A DNA stretch of 53,955 bases from an uncultured Collinsella sp. (GCA_900550785.1 URTL01000001.1:1-53955), one strand, 5' to 3'. Numbered from the stretch's first letter, positions 1 to 10,915 are shown. The notes: generated from the sequence alone by a model not told the origin. A program made the numbers and translations.

Positions 1-128
1 CCGCCCGCCGAAAACAGCCAACCCACCACCCTCGCACTCGAAAAGCGCGGAAAAACCAAGGAAAATCGCCGCCGCAGCACCTACGGGGGGGGCAACATCG
101 GGACTTCCTTTTTCTCAGTATGTCAGCG

Positions 129-452
<324 letters not shown>

Positions 453-687
453 CTACGAGTAACCGCCACTCTGTGTAGACGGGATATGGGATAATCGGCG
501 ATGGTACTTTGCGTATGGACACGGTCCGAAAACACTTGGCTTCGATGAGTTCGCAGCAGACTTGCGATTCGTCCGCAACCAGTCGCGCCGGCAACGCGCC
601 ACAGCACGGCGAACAAGTGCGATTTTCCGTCGACCGACATACGCAAAACGCTGGAATTCCAACGTTTCTTAAGGATGGAACACAACA

Positions 688-2367
688 TTGGCTGAGTTTA
701 TTTACCAGATGATCAAGGCCCGCAAGGCTTACGGCGACCGAGTGATTCTTGACGATGTGACCCTGAGCTTCCTGCCGGGCGCGAAGATCGGCGTCGTCGG
801 CCCGAACGGCATGGGCAAGTCGACGCTGCTGAAGATCATGGCCGGACTGGAGACCGTCAGCAATGGCGAGGCCTACATCACACCGGGCTTCACGGTCGGC
901 ATCCTGCAGCAGGAGCCGCCGCTCGACGATGACAAGACCGTCATCGAGAACGTGCGCATGGCGTTTGGCGACATGATCGCCAAGGTCGATCGCTTCAACA
1001 AGATCGGCGAGGAGATGTGCGACCCGGACTGCGACATGGACGCCCTCATGGCCGAGATGGGCAAGCTCCAGGACGAGATCGATGCCGCCGACGGCTGGGA
1101 TATCGATTCCAAGCTCGGCCAGGCCATGGACGCCCTGCAGCTGCCCGATTCCGACATGCCGGTCAACGTGCTTTCCGGCGGCGAGCGCCGTCGTGTTGCC
1201 CTGTGCAAGCTGCTGCTCGAGGCTCCCGACCTGCTGCTGCTCGACGAGCCCACGAACCACCTGGACGCCGAGTCGATCCTGTGGCTCGAGCACTTCCTGC
1301 ATAACTATCAGGGCGCGGTGCTTGCCGTCACACACGATCGCTACTTCCTGGATAACGTTGCCGAGTGGATCTGCGAGGTCGACCGCGGTCACCTTTATCC
1401 CTACAAGGGCAACTACTCCACGTATCTGGAGACCAAGGCCGCGCGTATCGAGGCGCAGGGCAACCGTGACGCCAAGCTCGCCAAGCGCATGGAGGCCGAG
1501 CTCGAGTGGGTACGCAGTTCACCCAAGGCTCGCCAGGCCAAGAACAAGGCTCGTCTGGCTCGCTACGAGGAGATGGAGGCCGAGGCCCGCGCAAGCCAGA
1601 AGCTCGACTGGACCGATATCCGCATCCCTGTGGGCCCGCGTCTGGGCAACAAGGTGCTCGAGGCCCATCACCTGCACAAGGAGTTCGACGGTCGCGTGCT
1701 CATCGATGACCTTTCGTTCACCCTGCCGCGCAACGGCATCGTGGGCGTGATCGGCCCCAACGGTGTCGGTAAGACCACGCTGTTCAAGACGATTGTGGGT
1801 CTGGAGCCGCTGACTTCGGGCGAGCTCGAGGTGGGCGAGACCGTCAAGATTAGCTACGTTGATCAGAACCGCTCCGGCATCGACCCCGACAAGAACCTGT
1901 GGGAGGTCGTCTCGGACGGCCTGGACCACATGATGGTCGGCGAGACCGAGGTCCCGAGCCGCGCCTATGTGGCGAGCTTTGGCTTTAAGGGCCAGGACCA
2001 GCAGAAGCGCGCTGGCGTACTCTCCGGTGGCGAGCGCAACCGTCTGAACCTGGCACTCACGCTCAAGCAGGGCGGCAACCTGCTGCTCCTCGACGAGCCC
2101 ACGAACGACCTCGACGTCGAGACGCTGTCCTCGCTCGAGGCGGCGCTGCTCGAGTTCCCGGGCTGCTCGGTGGTCATTAGCCACGACCGTATGTTCCTGG
2201 ACCGCGTCGCCACGCACATTCTGGCGTGGGAGGGCACCGACGAGAATCCGGGCAACTGGTATTGGTTCGAGGGTAATTTCGAGGCCTATCAGGCCAACCG
2301 CATCGAGCGCCTGGGTGAGGACGCGGCCCAGCCGCATCGTATTCACCGTAAGCTGACGCGCGACTAG
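688..2367 (+). CDS. ettA: Energy-dependent translational throttle ABC-F protein EttA
   Basis: 559 aa; two ABC domains (GPNGMGKST, LSGGE, LLLLDEPTN twice); linker ELEWVRSSPKARQAKNKARL; TTG start. Confidence 0.95.
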   Translation: MAEFIYQMIKARKAYGDRVILDDVTLSFLPGAKIGVVGPNGMGKSTLLKIMAGLETVSNGEAYITPGFTVGILQQEPPLDDDKTVIENVRMAFGDMIAKVDRFNKIGEEMCDPDCDMDALMAEMGKLQDEIDAADGWDIDSKLGQAMDALQLPDSDMPVNVLSGGERRRVALCKLLLEAPDLLLLDEPTNHLDAESILWLEHFLHNYQGAVLAVTHDRYFLDNVAEWICEVDRGHLYPYKGNYSTYLETKAARIEAQGNRDAKLAKRMEAELEWVRSSPKARQAKNKARLARYEEMEAEARASQKLDWTDIRIPVGPRLGNKVLEAHHLHKEFDGRVLIDDLSFTLPRNGIVGVIGPNGVGKTTLFKTIVGLEPLTSGELEVGETVKISYVDQNRSGIDPDKNLWEVVSDGLDHMMVGETEVPSRAYVASFGFKGQDQQKRAGVLSGGERNRLNLALTLKQGGNLLLLDEPTNDLDVETLSSLEAALLEFPGCSVVISHDRMFLDRVATHILAWEGTDENPGNWYWFEGNFEAYQANRIERLGEDAAQPHRIHRKLTRD

Positions 2368-2375
2368 TAGCAAGT

Positions 2376-2405
2376 AGAAAGGCCGCCACCAAGGGCGGCC
2401 TTTCT
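2376..2405 (+). terminator. Rho-independent terminator after ettA
   Basis: AGAAAGGCCGCC-loop-GGCGGCCTTTCT perfect stem just after the stop codon. Confidence 0.75.
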
Positions 2406-2647
2406 TGTAGCAATTGCACTGCAGCTATGCCCTGGCTGCTGGTTTGATTCATAATCAAAGTTATCTCTTTGGGATTAAAGCCCGTTTTTGCTATGAGCGA
2501 TTTTCTAATTCCGTTTAAAACGTAAAGACGCATTGGGTTGCAAGGACATAAGCAAATCGAATTGAAATATAACCAGTGCTGTAACGTTACAAAAAAGATT
2601 ATAGAATAGGAGTACCTTATAAGTCGCTTCTCTAGAAAGAAGAACAT

Positions 2648-3775
2648 ATGCTTTCGCGTCGTCGTTTTCTGCAACTTGTCGCGTCTTCAATTGTCGCCTT
2701 AGCCGCACGTCCGAAAGAGGTTTTTGCTTCGACGGGCAATATTGATGGTGAGCAGATACAATTTACTTCTGAAATTGCGCAAGAGCTTGCCGATAAATAT
2801 ATAAAGGGACTCCTCGGCTATTCGTATACGCCTTCTGACCCTATTCCTTTTGTAGATGTTGATGGGTCCCCGCTTGGTTACATTGTTCCGGTTGTGACAT
2901 CCAATAGAGCCGCGGGCTATTTGGTTTTAGATGCTTCAGATGATGAAATACTTACGGGATATCGTTTTGGAGACGGCTTAGTCAGCCCTATGGATCGGGG
3001 AGGAGATCTTGGTGTCGAGTCTTATTCTTTCAATAACCCAGTCGTAATGATCAATCCATTCGAATTCGGCGTGCAATCTTTGGACGGTTCAATAACAACA
3101 AATTGCGGAAGAACAATCCCGGCTGTTTCCATAGAAGGACGGCCTGTCGTTTTATCGAATAAACCTTCAAGCTGGAACGATGTTGTAATTTACGCAACTC
3201 AAATGCAGGATTACACAGTATCTGGATTTCGTTCCATTTCTCAGTTTATGTCATATGATGAAAGCGAGATTAAGAGGCTTACCGCCCACTATGCTTGTAT
3301 GGTGACAGCTTTTTCGAACGTTGCGGAACTGTATGGCATTGCCAATTTATATAGCGACCCTTCGCAATATATGCAGATATGGAGTTACACCAATACCCAT
3401 GCTCTTTCCGATGAAGAACAGACTGTTCCCGGCGTTGTTTTGGGTGGAACGCCGATATCAACCTGTGCAACGGGGTTTACAAATTACTGCGCAAGCAGAG
3501 GAAGTACTCTTATCGCCCGCACTGTCTCCTCTCCGGCTATCGCGAGCATTCAAAATGAGATTAACTCTAATAGACCGAATGTTTTACATGCGAGTTTGTA
3601 CAACGGATCAGCCCATTCTGTAACAGCGGAGGCTTACGCCACACTTACTGGTAAGAAAACTGGAGAGACAAGGCAGATGATTGGCATAGCGGACGGCTGG
3701 AATTCATCTTTATCCTTCCTGAAGTATGATCAGAGCTATTATGCGTGGACTTATGGAACGACTTTTTCGAAGTAG
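2648..3775 (+). CDS. Secreted papain-fold cysteine peptidase-like protein (C39/C10-like) with twin-arginine signal and probable N-terminal prodomain
   Basis: N-terminus MLSRRRFL...VFA (Tat-like). Candidate catalytic Cys (YACMVTA), His (AHSV) and Asp (IADGWN) occur in papain-fold order. Lower GC than the flanks. Confidence 0.6.
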   Translation: MLSRRRFLQLVASSIVALAARPKEVFASTGNIDGEQIQFTSEIAQELADKYIKGLLGYSYTPSDPIPFVDVDGSPLGYIVPVVTSNRAAGYLVLDASDDEILTGYRFGDGLVSPMDRGGDLGVESYSFNNPVVMINPFEFGVQSLDGSITTNCGRTIPAVSIEGRPVVLSNKPSSWNDVVIYATQMQDYTVSGFRSISQFMSYDESEIKRLTAHYACMVTAFSNVAELYGIANLYSDPSQYMQIWSYTNTHALSDEEQTVPGVVLGGTPISTCATGFTNYCASRGSTLIARTVSSPAIASIQNEINSNRPNVLHASLYNGSAHSVTAEAYATLTGKKTGETRQMIGIADGWNSSLSFLKYDQSYYAWTYGTTFSK

Positions 3776-4145
3776 GGCGATTCGTCTAGCCCTGTCTTTG
3801 GTGCTGATGGCTTCATTGGTGGGCTGTTCAACAAAGGAAGAGATATCGCGCGGAGGTTCCGGAGAAGTGACTGCGACAGACTCAGGTTCATTAGAAATAG
3901 CTGGCGGGCATGCCGATGTGATGTTACAAGGAAAAGGCGTGCTTAGGTCGGTTGATGCTGAAGACGCTGTCTGCTCAATAGAGGATTTAAAGACAGGTGA
4001 AACTGCACCGTACCGAGTCTCAGATAATGCTGCGAATATGATTGAGTCGATACCGACTGGAGCGCAGGTTTCTTTTAGATACTTTGCTCCGCAACTTGAG
4101 GATGAGCTTGCTTCTCTGGTGTCTATATGCACCGATGACAACTAA
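3726..4145 (+). CDS. Lipoprotein, hypothetical (start may be the downstream ATG at 3753)
   Basis: Basic N-terminus, hydrophobic core LALSLVLMASL and lipobox LVGC; overlaps the stop of the upstream gene. Confidence 0.65.
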   Translation: MIRAIMRGLMERLFRSRAIRLALSLVLMASLVGCSTKEEISRGGSGEVTATDSGSLEIAGGHADVMLQGKGVLRSVDAEDAVCSIEDLKTGETAPYRVSDNAANMIESIPTGAQVSFRYFAPQLEDELASLVSICTDDN

Positions 4146-4158
4146 AAGGCCTGAATTC

Positions 4159-4200
4159 AAAAGGCCTCGGATGGTCAATTGGCTATCCGAGGCCTTTTTT
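4159..4200. terminator. Bidirectional terminator between convergent genes
   Basis: AAAAGGCCTCGGAT...ATCCGAGGCCTTTT stem with A/T tails on both sides. Confidence 0.75.
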
Positions 4201-5545
4201 ACTCGACCGGGGCTTCGACCTTGTCGATGACCCAGGTGGCTCCGAGGCCGCCGGTGGTGTTGCGGCGGATGCGCACGGTGACTTCGTGGCGCTCGCCGGC
4301 CTGCGTGTAGTGCAGGGGGAAGCTTGCGCGGTTTCGCGCGGCCTCGATGGTACCGCGCTCGCGGGCGATCCAGTAGTACTCGCCGACAATGCCGAGGGTG
4401 TCGGCGCCGTAGGGGAGATAGGTCGACAGCTGGTGCAGAAGCGGGCCGGGGCAGAAGACCTCGGTTGCGAAATCGATGGGGAAGTCCTTGGGGATGGTCG
4501 GTGCTGCGGGTGCGGGGGCCGGTGCTGCAGCGGGGGCCGGAGACGGTGCCGGTGCGGGAATTTGGTCGCAAACAGCGGCGGGCACGGATTCGATGACGGG
4601 TGCGGGCTCCGGCGTCGCTTCCGGCTTGATCGTGGAATCTGCGGGCTCCAGCGTCGTCTTCGGCTTGGTTGTGGAATCTGCGGGCTTCACGGTGACGGGC
4701 GCGTCTGCAACTGCGGTTTCAACCTCAACCTGCGTCGCGTTCTCGTTCTCGACGCTCGACTTTGCCTCGATGGGCGTGGATGCCATGGTGGTGATGCCGG
4801 CGTTTGCGTTCTCGGGGTCATAGACGACCGTGAGTGAGATGGCAGGCTGCGGTGCCTCGGGCTCCGATGCCGCCTCGGCAGCGTCCTGTTCTGCGGGCTC
4901 TTCGGGCTGATCGTCCTCGGCCTCGTCGCCAAAGACATCGCTGTTTTGGAGCGCAGGCGCCTCAGGTTGGCTAGCGGCTTCTTCGGGTGTCGACTTGGGA
5001 GCCTCGTTGAGCTCCGTAGTGGCTTCCTGCTCGGATATGACTTTGGGATCGGTCGTGGCGGCGATTTCGGTTTCGGCTTCTGCCGTTACCTCAATAGCGA
5101 CTTCGATCTCTGTCTCGGGCTCGGGCTCCGGAGCGACTTCGGCCACGGGCTCGGGCTCGGGACGCTTAACGTGCTTAGGGCGCACGGCCTTGAGGTCCTT
5201 CTCGCCGCGCTTTTTCTTTTTGTAGGACTGCTTGGCTCCCTTGGCTGCCTTGGGCTTATCCTCGCCCTTGGCAAGGGCGGTATCCCAGGCATCGTTGGCG
5301 ATGACGGTGGCATACAGGCGACCGCCCTTAAAGACGGTCAGCTTAATGCAGTCGTCGAGCTCCTCGAGCAACTCGCGCGTGGACTCAAAGCCCAGGTCAT
5401 AAGCGGCCATGTCACCAGTGGCGAGTGCCTCCTCGACCTGCGTTATAAACGTTTGCTTGCCGCATCCGATTGCATCGCGCAGCAGACGATACAGGTAGAT
5501 GTGGTTGCCCAGCGATAGCGTGGGCTTAACTATTGTCTTGCTCAT
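4199..5545 (-). CDS. Hypothetical protein with long acidic Pro/Ala/Glu-rich linker
   Basis: Long ORF with host codon usage; RBS AAGAGGAG before MSKTIVKP; globular ends joined by low-complexity sequence. Confidence 0.8.
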   Translation of the reverse strand: MSKTIVKPTLSLGNHIYLYRLLRDAIGCGKQTFITQVEEALATGDMAAYDLGFESTRELLEELDDCIKLTVFKGGRLYATVIANDAWDTALAKGEDKPKAAKGAKQSYKKKKRGEKDLKAVRPKHVKRPEPEPVAEVAPEPEPETEIEVAIEVTAEAETEIAATTDPKVISEQEATTELNEAPKSTPEEAASQPEAPALQNSDVFGDEAEDDQPEEPAEQDAAEAASEPEAPQPAISLTVVYDPENANAGITTMASTPIEAKSSVENENATQVEVETAVADAPVTVKPADSTTKPKTTLEPADSTIKPEATPEPAPVIESVPAAVCDQIPAPAPSPAPAAAPAPAPAAPTIPKDFPIDFATEVFCPGPLLHQLSTYLPYGADTLGIVGEYYWIARERGTIEAARNRASFPLHYTQAGERHEVTVRIRRNTTGGLGATWVIDKVEAPVE

Positions 5546-5617
5546 GGCAAATCTCCTCTTTACACATGTAAAGCATCTTACCATCGCATAGCGTTCGCCA
5601 TGGCGGCGCCCAAGGCA

Positions 5618-5651
5618 AACGGGCGCGAACCGCTTTCGATTCGCGCCCGTT
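5618..5651 (-). terminator. Hairpin, probable terminator of the 5686-6648 gene
   Basis: AACGGGCGCGAA...TTCGCGCCCGTT inverted repeat. Confidence 0.55.
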
Positions 5652-5685
5652 GTACAGGTCGGTTATCTATGAGAGGCAAATGTAC

Positions 5686-6648
5686 TTAGTTGCCCGATGT
5701 CGTGCCTTGGCTCGAGTTGTCAGATGCCGTGCCGGACGCGGTTCCACTCGAGCTGTTCGAGCTGTTGGTGTTGTTGCTGTCTGCTGTGCCCGTTCCCGAA
5801 GTGGTGTCGCTCGTCTGGCCGCCCGTGCTCGGCTGCGAACCGCCAGTCGTTTGGCTTGAGTCGGTCGTGCCGGACGGCGTGCCACTGTTGGCCGTAGAGG
5901 AATCGGTGCCCTGCGATTGGTTTTGGGTGTTCGAGGACGAATTGGCAGAGGTAGAACTGTCTTGCGTATCGTCCGTCTGCGCCTGCTGATCCTGCGACTG
6001 GGTGTTGCCATTTGCATCGCTCTCGGTCGTGCGCGACGAAAGGATTGGCTCGGGGCGCTCGCCCAGACCCTCACCGGCGGTGGTTATAAGGATGGCGCCG
6101 GTGCAGGCGATGACCGCGACGATGGCGATGGCGATCGAGAAGACGATGACCTTCTTTTGCGTCTGGCTGCGCTCTGCCGCGGCCTTGGCGCGCAGGCTGT
6201 TAGGGGCGACGCGCGCCGTGGTCGCACGCCCCGCAACCTGGCGCATCTCCTGCGTAGTCGCGGCGCCGCCCAGGTGCTCCTCGGCATTAAGCTCAACGGG
6301 CTCATAGGCGCCGGCGGGGTAGTCGACGTCGGCGTGCGTACCTTTGAGGGCTTTGGCGCTGGCAGAGATAAAGTGGCGGTAGACCTGCGAGGACACAACG
6401 GTGATGACCGAGCTCACGGCGGCGCCAATTACTGAACCAGCGATGCCAATCTTGGAAGCAAGCGCGACACTTGTGGCGGCGGCTGCGGCGCCAGCGATGA
6501 TCTGAGGAATGGAAATGTCATCGAACAGGCCCTTTTTGGGCGCGATGGCCATGGTCTGTCCAATGGAATGGTTCTCGTGCACGCCGTTGTTGAGCGCGGC
6601 CGGTGTCATGACGCGCGTGCGCGGCGCGTCGGTGTACTTGGTTGTCAT
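5686..6648 (-). CDS. Hypothetical membrane protein with Ser/Thr/Gly-rich C-terminal tail
   Basis: RBS GGAGG before MTTKYTD; hydrophobic helices (IIAGAAAAATSVALAS, VIVFSIAIAIVAVIA); S/T/G/N/Q-rich tail. Confidence 0.8.
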   Translation of the reverse strand: MTTKYTDAPRTRVMTPAALNNGVHENHSIGQTMAIAPKKGLFDDISIPQIIAGAAAAATSVALASKIGIAGSVIGAAVSSVITVVSSQVYRHFISASAKALKGTHADVDYPAGAYEPVELNAEEHLGGAATTQEMRQVAGRATTARVAPNSLRAKAAAERSQTQKKVIVFSIAIAIVAVIACTGAILITTAGEGLGERPEPILSSRTTESDANGNTQSQDQQAQTDDTQDSSTSANSSSNTQNQSQGTDSSTANSGTPSGTTDSSQTTGGSQPSTGGQTSDTTSGTGTADSNNTNSSNSSSGTASGTASDNSSQGTTSGN

Positions 6649-6824
6649 ACGGGGTCCTCCCGGTGTAAATCTGCTTCGTTTCGTGTAGCCATCAGGGTAC
6701 CCACCAGATGTGAATCGTACGTGACATTTAACAGATACCATCAACTCATCAAGGGGGGGCTTGCTGTCTTTGGTGCAATAGCTTGATGCTAAACTGGATT
6801 TACGATTGCGAGGTGGTTTACGTG

Positions 6825-7064
6825 ATGTACCCGTATATGACATTCGAAGACGGTACCGAGGTCGTTCATTCTGGCCTGATTGCAGATGAGGATATCGAAA
6901 AGGTTGTCGTGCATTTTGAACGACCGACGGCAGAGGGCTTCGACTCCGCTCGCTGTGAGTTGCCTTCCTGTTCGTGGACTGACTGGGAAGGGCATTTTAC
7001 TCAGAGTGAAAAACGAGCTTTCGAAGAGTGTTTGAGCAAATCATTTAGATTAGTTCGAGTTTAG
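6825..7064 (+). CDS. Small hypothetical protein (MYPYMTFEDGTEVVHS...), possibly C-terminally truncated
   Basis: RBS GAGGTGG upstream; protein-like composition; ends at the edge of the AT-rich insert. Confidence 0.6.
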   Translation: MYPYMTFEDGTEVVHSGLIADEDIEKVVVHFERPTAEGFDSARCELPSCSWTDWEGHFTQSEKRAFEECLSKSFRLVRV

Positions 7065-7143
7065 TTCGAATAAAGAAGCCGAATGCGATGACCTGAAGCG
7101 TATGCATTTTTAGTATTAGATGCGTATGAAATGGAGGATGTGA

Positions 7144-7425
7144 ATGGATGAGCTAATAGACTTTAAAAAACGATTTCTCAAGAATGGCGAGCTGGTTTCA
7201 ATTCCAAAAAAGGAAAGCTATAAAAGAATCATGCTGCTATGGGCCGTCTCTTTCTTTGAATTAAATACAAGTTATACGGAGCTTCAGGTTAATCGTGTGC
7301 TGTCACAGCTCTATCCTGATTATGCCGTGTTGAGGCGGTACTTGGTTGATTATGGATTCCTATTAAGGGATGAACGAGGCCTGAAATACGAGGTTAATCG
7401 TGATGTTCACGGTATTGAGAGCTAG
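7144..7425 (+). CDS. DUF2087 domain protein (winged-helix-like)
   Basis: Motif FLKNGELVSIPKK...YTELQVNRVL...DYAVLRRYLVDYGFLLRD; RBS GGAGG. Confidence 0.8.
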   Translation: MDELIDFKKRFLKNGELVSIPKKESYKRIMLLWAVSFFELNTSYTELQVNRVLSQLYPDYAVLRRYLVDYGFLLRDERGLKYEVNRDVHGIES

Positions 7426-8587
7426 CCATCCGGTTCGGGTCCTATATATTGCTAGAGGGATAAGCGAAATAGGCAATTGGTGTGCGAATATTGCTTTGCC
7501 AATGCTGATTTACGAGGTAACTCACGATGTTTCTGCAACTGCTTTGATGGTCTGCTGCAGATTTGCCCCCTCTCTGTTTTCAGTTTCGCTCGCGCAGCTG
7601 CCTCAGAAGATGGGTATCGGGACACTGCAGGCCATGAGATTGGCAGACTTAATTCGCGCGGGATTATTCGTTTGCTATATTTTTGTTGATAGTAAATGGA
7701 GTATGTTTGCTATTACGTGCGCGGTATCGCTTTGCCGAACGGTTGAAATGCCCTGCTTTTACTCGTTGTTAAGAGCCAATACGAATAGTATCAATCGCGA
7801 CGTAATTAATAATTCGTTTGGGTTTCTGCAGAATTTGATGATGGTTCTGGGGCCAGTTGCCGGCGGTTTTGTTGTCGCTCAATTTGGGGCGGAGGCTGTT
7901 CTTGCATTAGACGCGCTTTCTTTTGCCGCGTCGTTCTGGTTGCTGCGAGATGTTCCGTCGGTTATCGAGGTTAATGATAAAGAGGGGATAAGCAAAAATG
8001 AAAAAAACAGGACTGCATTTAGTGATCTTAGCGCGAAGCACTTGGCAATTGGTTTCCTATTAATCGATATTTCTAGTGGCGTGGCATTCGGCTCTCTGAA
8101 TTCTCTTTTGCCAGCTATAGCGCAATTGCAATTTGACTCGTCATCGATACAATACGGATTCCTTCAGAGTAGTCTTACAATCGGACTGTTGTTCGGAAAT
8201 ACAATATATGGTCGTTTAATTAGTGGTTCCGATTGCGTTAAATCATATTGTTTTGTGACGTATCTTGCGCTCGGTGCGTATCTGGCGTTTGGCTATCGCT
8301 ATGCGTCTGGGATATCGTTTATTTTCCTTTTTATCGTCGGTGCCGGAAACGCCATTCAAGATGTGCTTCTCATAACATCGCTGCAGGATTTGGCGAGAGA
8401 CGAATCTGAATCGATAAGCCTGTTTTCAATTAGGGAGTCTTTGCAATCGGTTGCTGTTGTTATTTCAACACTCCTTGTTTCGCTGTTCACGAGCATCGCG
8501 ATGTTCTCAATTCTCGTTACAGGACTTGGTGTATTTTCAATTATGATGGTAGCTGCGTTTCAATTGAATTATTTGCGAAAGATGTGA
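7403..8587 (+). CDS. MFS transporter (efflux type)
   Basis: About 12 hydrophobic segments; ADLIRAG and LGPVAGG motifs; overlaps the DUF2087 gene. Confidence 0.85.
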   Translation: MFTVLRASHPVRVLYIARGISEIGNWCANIALPMLIYEVTHDVSATALMVCCRFAPSLFSVSLAQLPQKMGIGTLQAMRLADLIRAGLFVCYIFVDSKWSMFAITCAVSLCRTVEMPCFYSLLRANTNSINRDVINNSFGFLQNLMMVLGPVAGGFVVAQFGAEAVLALDALSFAASFWLLRDVPSVIEVNDKEGISKNEKNRTAFSDLSAKHLAIGFLLIDISSGVAFGSLNSLLPAIAQLQFDSSSIQYGFLQSSLTIGLLFGNTIYGRLISGSDCVKSYCFVTYLALGAYLAFGYRYASGISFIFLFIVGAGNAIQDVLLITSLQDLARDESESISLFSIRESLQSVAVVISTLLVSLFTSIAMFSILVTGLGVFSIMMVAAFQLNYLRKM

Positions 8588-8594
8588 CGTTGAT

Positions 8595-10915
8595 ATGCCT
8601 AAAACGCTTTTAGTATTTCCCCCAGGATGGAGTCCAGTGGGGCCGTATCTTGCCTTGCCTGTTTTGAAGTCATATCTTCAAGAGGTTGAACAATATAAAG
8701 TTGACATTGTTGACTTAAACGTGGAATTTTACGATGACCTCCTATCTTTTAGACATGTCGAAGAGTGCTGTAAAAGGTATCGGGAATCAAAGGATTCGTT
8801 TAGTTCGAATGTTCAATTAACAATCGAGTTGATACAAAAGTCAGCACTTAATGTTGACGAGGCAAAAGATATTTTCAGATCGAAGAGATACTTTAATCTA
8901 AAAGAAAGACAATATGCTGAAAACATTTTTAGAAATGCACTCTATATCATAAATCACGTCTCGTATGGAGTTAAATACACGTTCAACTCCATAGATTTGC
9001 CCTATGATTATTATTCGACACCAGAAATAATGAAATCGCTTGCGGATACCTTGCATAATCCGTTTATTTCCTTCTATGAAACTGCCTTTCTTAAGCGTAT
9101 TCAGAGGGAAAAATCGAGTTTATTGGGATTTCGGTGAGCGGCTGTTTCCAATTGATTTCTGCAGTTACGTTAGCGAAACTGATTAAAGAAGAATGTCCAT
9201 CTGTTAAACACGTCTCATTGGGCGGCAATTACATTACCCGTTTAGCAGATGACTGCATGAAAGAATGGCATCCCTTTTTTGAATACATTGATTCGATAAT
9301 GATGTATGACGGCGAAGAGCCGCTTGCACGTCTTCTTGAGGCTCTTGACTCTGGTGATGACAATCTCGACTGTGTTCCAAACCTTTGCCATGCTAAAGGT
9401 GGAAAGATATATAAAAACCATCGGATTGAGCAAACATTTATCAACGATACAGTTCCCGATTTCGATGGCTTCGCCCTTTCTAAATACTTCATGCCTGAGT
9501 TAATATTGCCGGTTTATTCCTCTAGGCAGTGCTTTAATCATTGCGCCTTCTGCACCATTCCCGGTGCTACCGGTGGTTGTTACCGAAAGATGCCTATATC
9601 GAGAGTATTTGAAATAATGTGTCGGTTAAATGAAAAATACGGCACGAGAGTTTTCTCTTTTGTGGATGAAACATTCGAAGGCAAAAGAATGGAGCAACTC
9701 GCGGATGAAATAAACGCATCGGGAAAAACGTTTTTCTGGCATGGAGAAACGAGGTTCTCTCCAACCCTAAGTACAGACGTTTTCAACAAGATATACCAAA
9801 GTGGATGTAGGCAGATTCAGTTTGGCCTCGAGTCATACAACCAAAGAGTTCTTGATCTAATGAAGAAGAACACGAGAGTTGATTGGATTGATCGCAATAT
9901 CCATGATTGTCTCAATGCGGGTATTCCTGTTCATCTATTCTTTATGATTGGCTTTCCGACCGAAACTAAAGAAGAGGCTCTGAACACCTTAGCTTATACA
10001 GAGAATGTTTTGAATTATTCAAAACAGGTATGTGGTGTTCCATATTCCACGAGAGGATTTACGAATTTTGGTCTCGTTATGGGGTCGGATGTTTGGAATC
10101 ATCCCGATAAGTATGGTGTCTCTGTAATGCCGAAGTCCCAATATGAGGATTTGCGCCTCGAAGTGGATTATGTTTCAGGCACTGGTTTAACTTTAAATGA
10201 AGCAAAATCCTTATCTGATGAGCATCATATTGATTTTTATATGCAAGAGGTCATAAACGGTAGCGACACAATTGACTTGCCCCAGCGGCTTCATATTTCA
10301 GAGGTGACCTGGATCCTAGATTCTATTCACGCTGTCAGGTATAAGGGACATTTGACCAAAGTAAAGCGACGGCTAACTAGTCTAAATCCAGCTGATCGAA
10401 TCTGGCTGGATTCCAAGACCTCTGTCGTGCTCGTTGAGCCATTTGCCTACTTCTATAATTCTGAATACCATCATGTCTATGCTGTTTCCCAGTTGGTATA
10501 CCTTAAGTTGGCCCGTTTATTGGAGGCCGATTGTAGCATTTCTCTTATCCTTGATCAGGGCGACCTCGAGCTGACAAGGGCGATAGAAGAACTGTTGCAT
10601 TATGGATTGCTGAATACAAATATCGATGCCGATTATGTAATGCACGATAATGGTTTTCAATTGGTTAAAAGTTCGTTTGTGAAAGAAGTCGGACGCTCAA
10701 AAGAGGGGTTAAGAGTACTGCTGAGTTGTGCCACCCATAGAATGTGTGCGGTTAATGATTTTTCGTTCGCTTTGCTTTCGTTGTTTGAAAAGCCGATTAC
10801 TAAGAACGAGGTGCGCGACATTTTGAAAAAAGAGGGACTATCGGCAAACGAGGAGCAATTAAACAAGTTGGTTGATAATTGCATGAAAGCAGATATACTA
10901 CAATTGATTAGATAG
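8595..10915 (+). pseudogene. Cobalamin-binding (class B) radical SAM enzyme, RiPP-maturase-like, split by a 1-nt frameshift at about 9109-9113
   Basis: N-terminus LLVFPPGW...PYLALPVLKSYL...DLNVEFY; B12 Rossmann motif (EFIGISV...HVSLGGNYIT); CFNHCAFC cluster motif; FVDETF; FGLES. One extra A in GAAAAA fuses ORFs 8595-9137 and 9134-10915 into 773 aa. Confidence 0.85.

Noticed and set aside
4480..5200. Short Pro/Ala/Glu repeats (PAPAP, PEPEP, duplicated PADSTxKP)
   Set aside because: Ordinary low-complexity linker within a coding gene.
9105..9113. Programmed -1 ribosomal frameshift at GGGAAAA
   Set aside because: The heptamer is not in the required frame (codons are AGG GAA AAA), and I saw no clear stimulatory structure; a simple indel is more likely.
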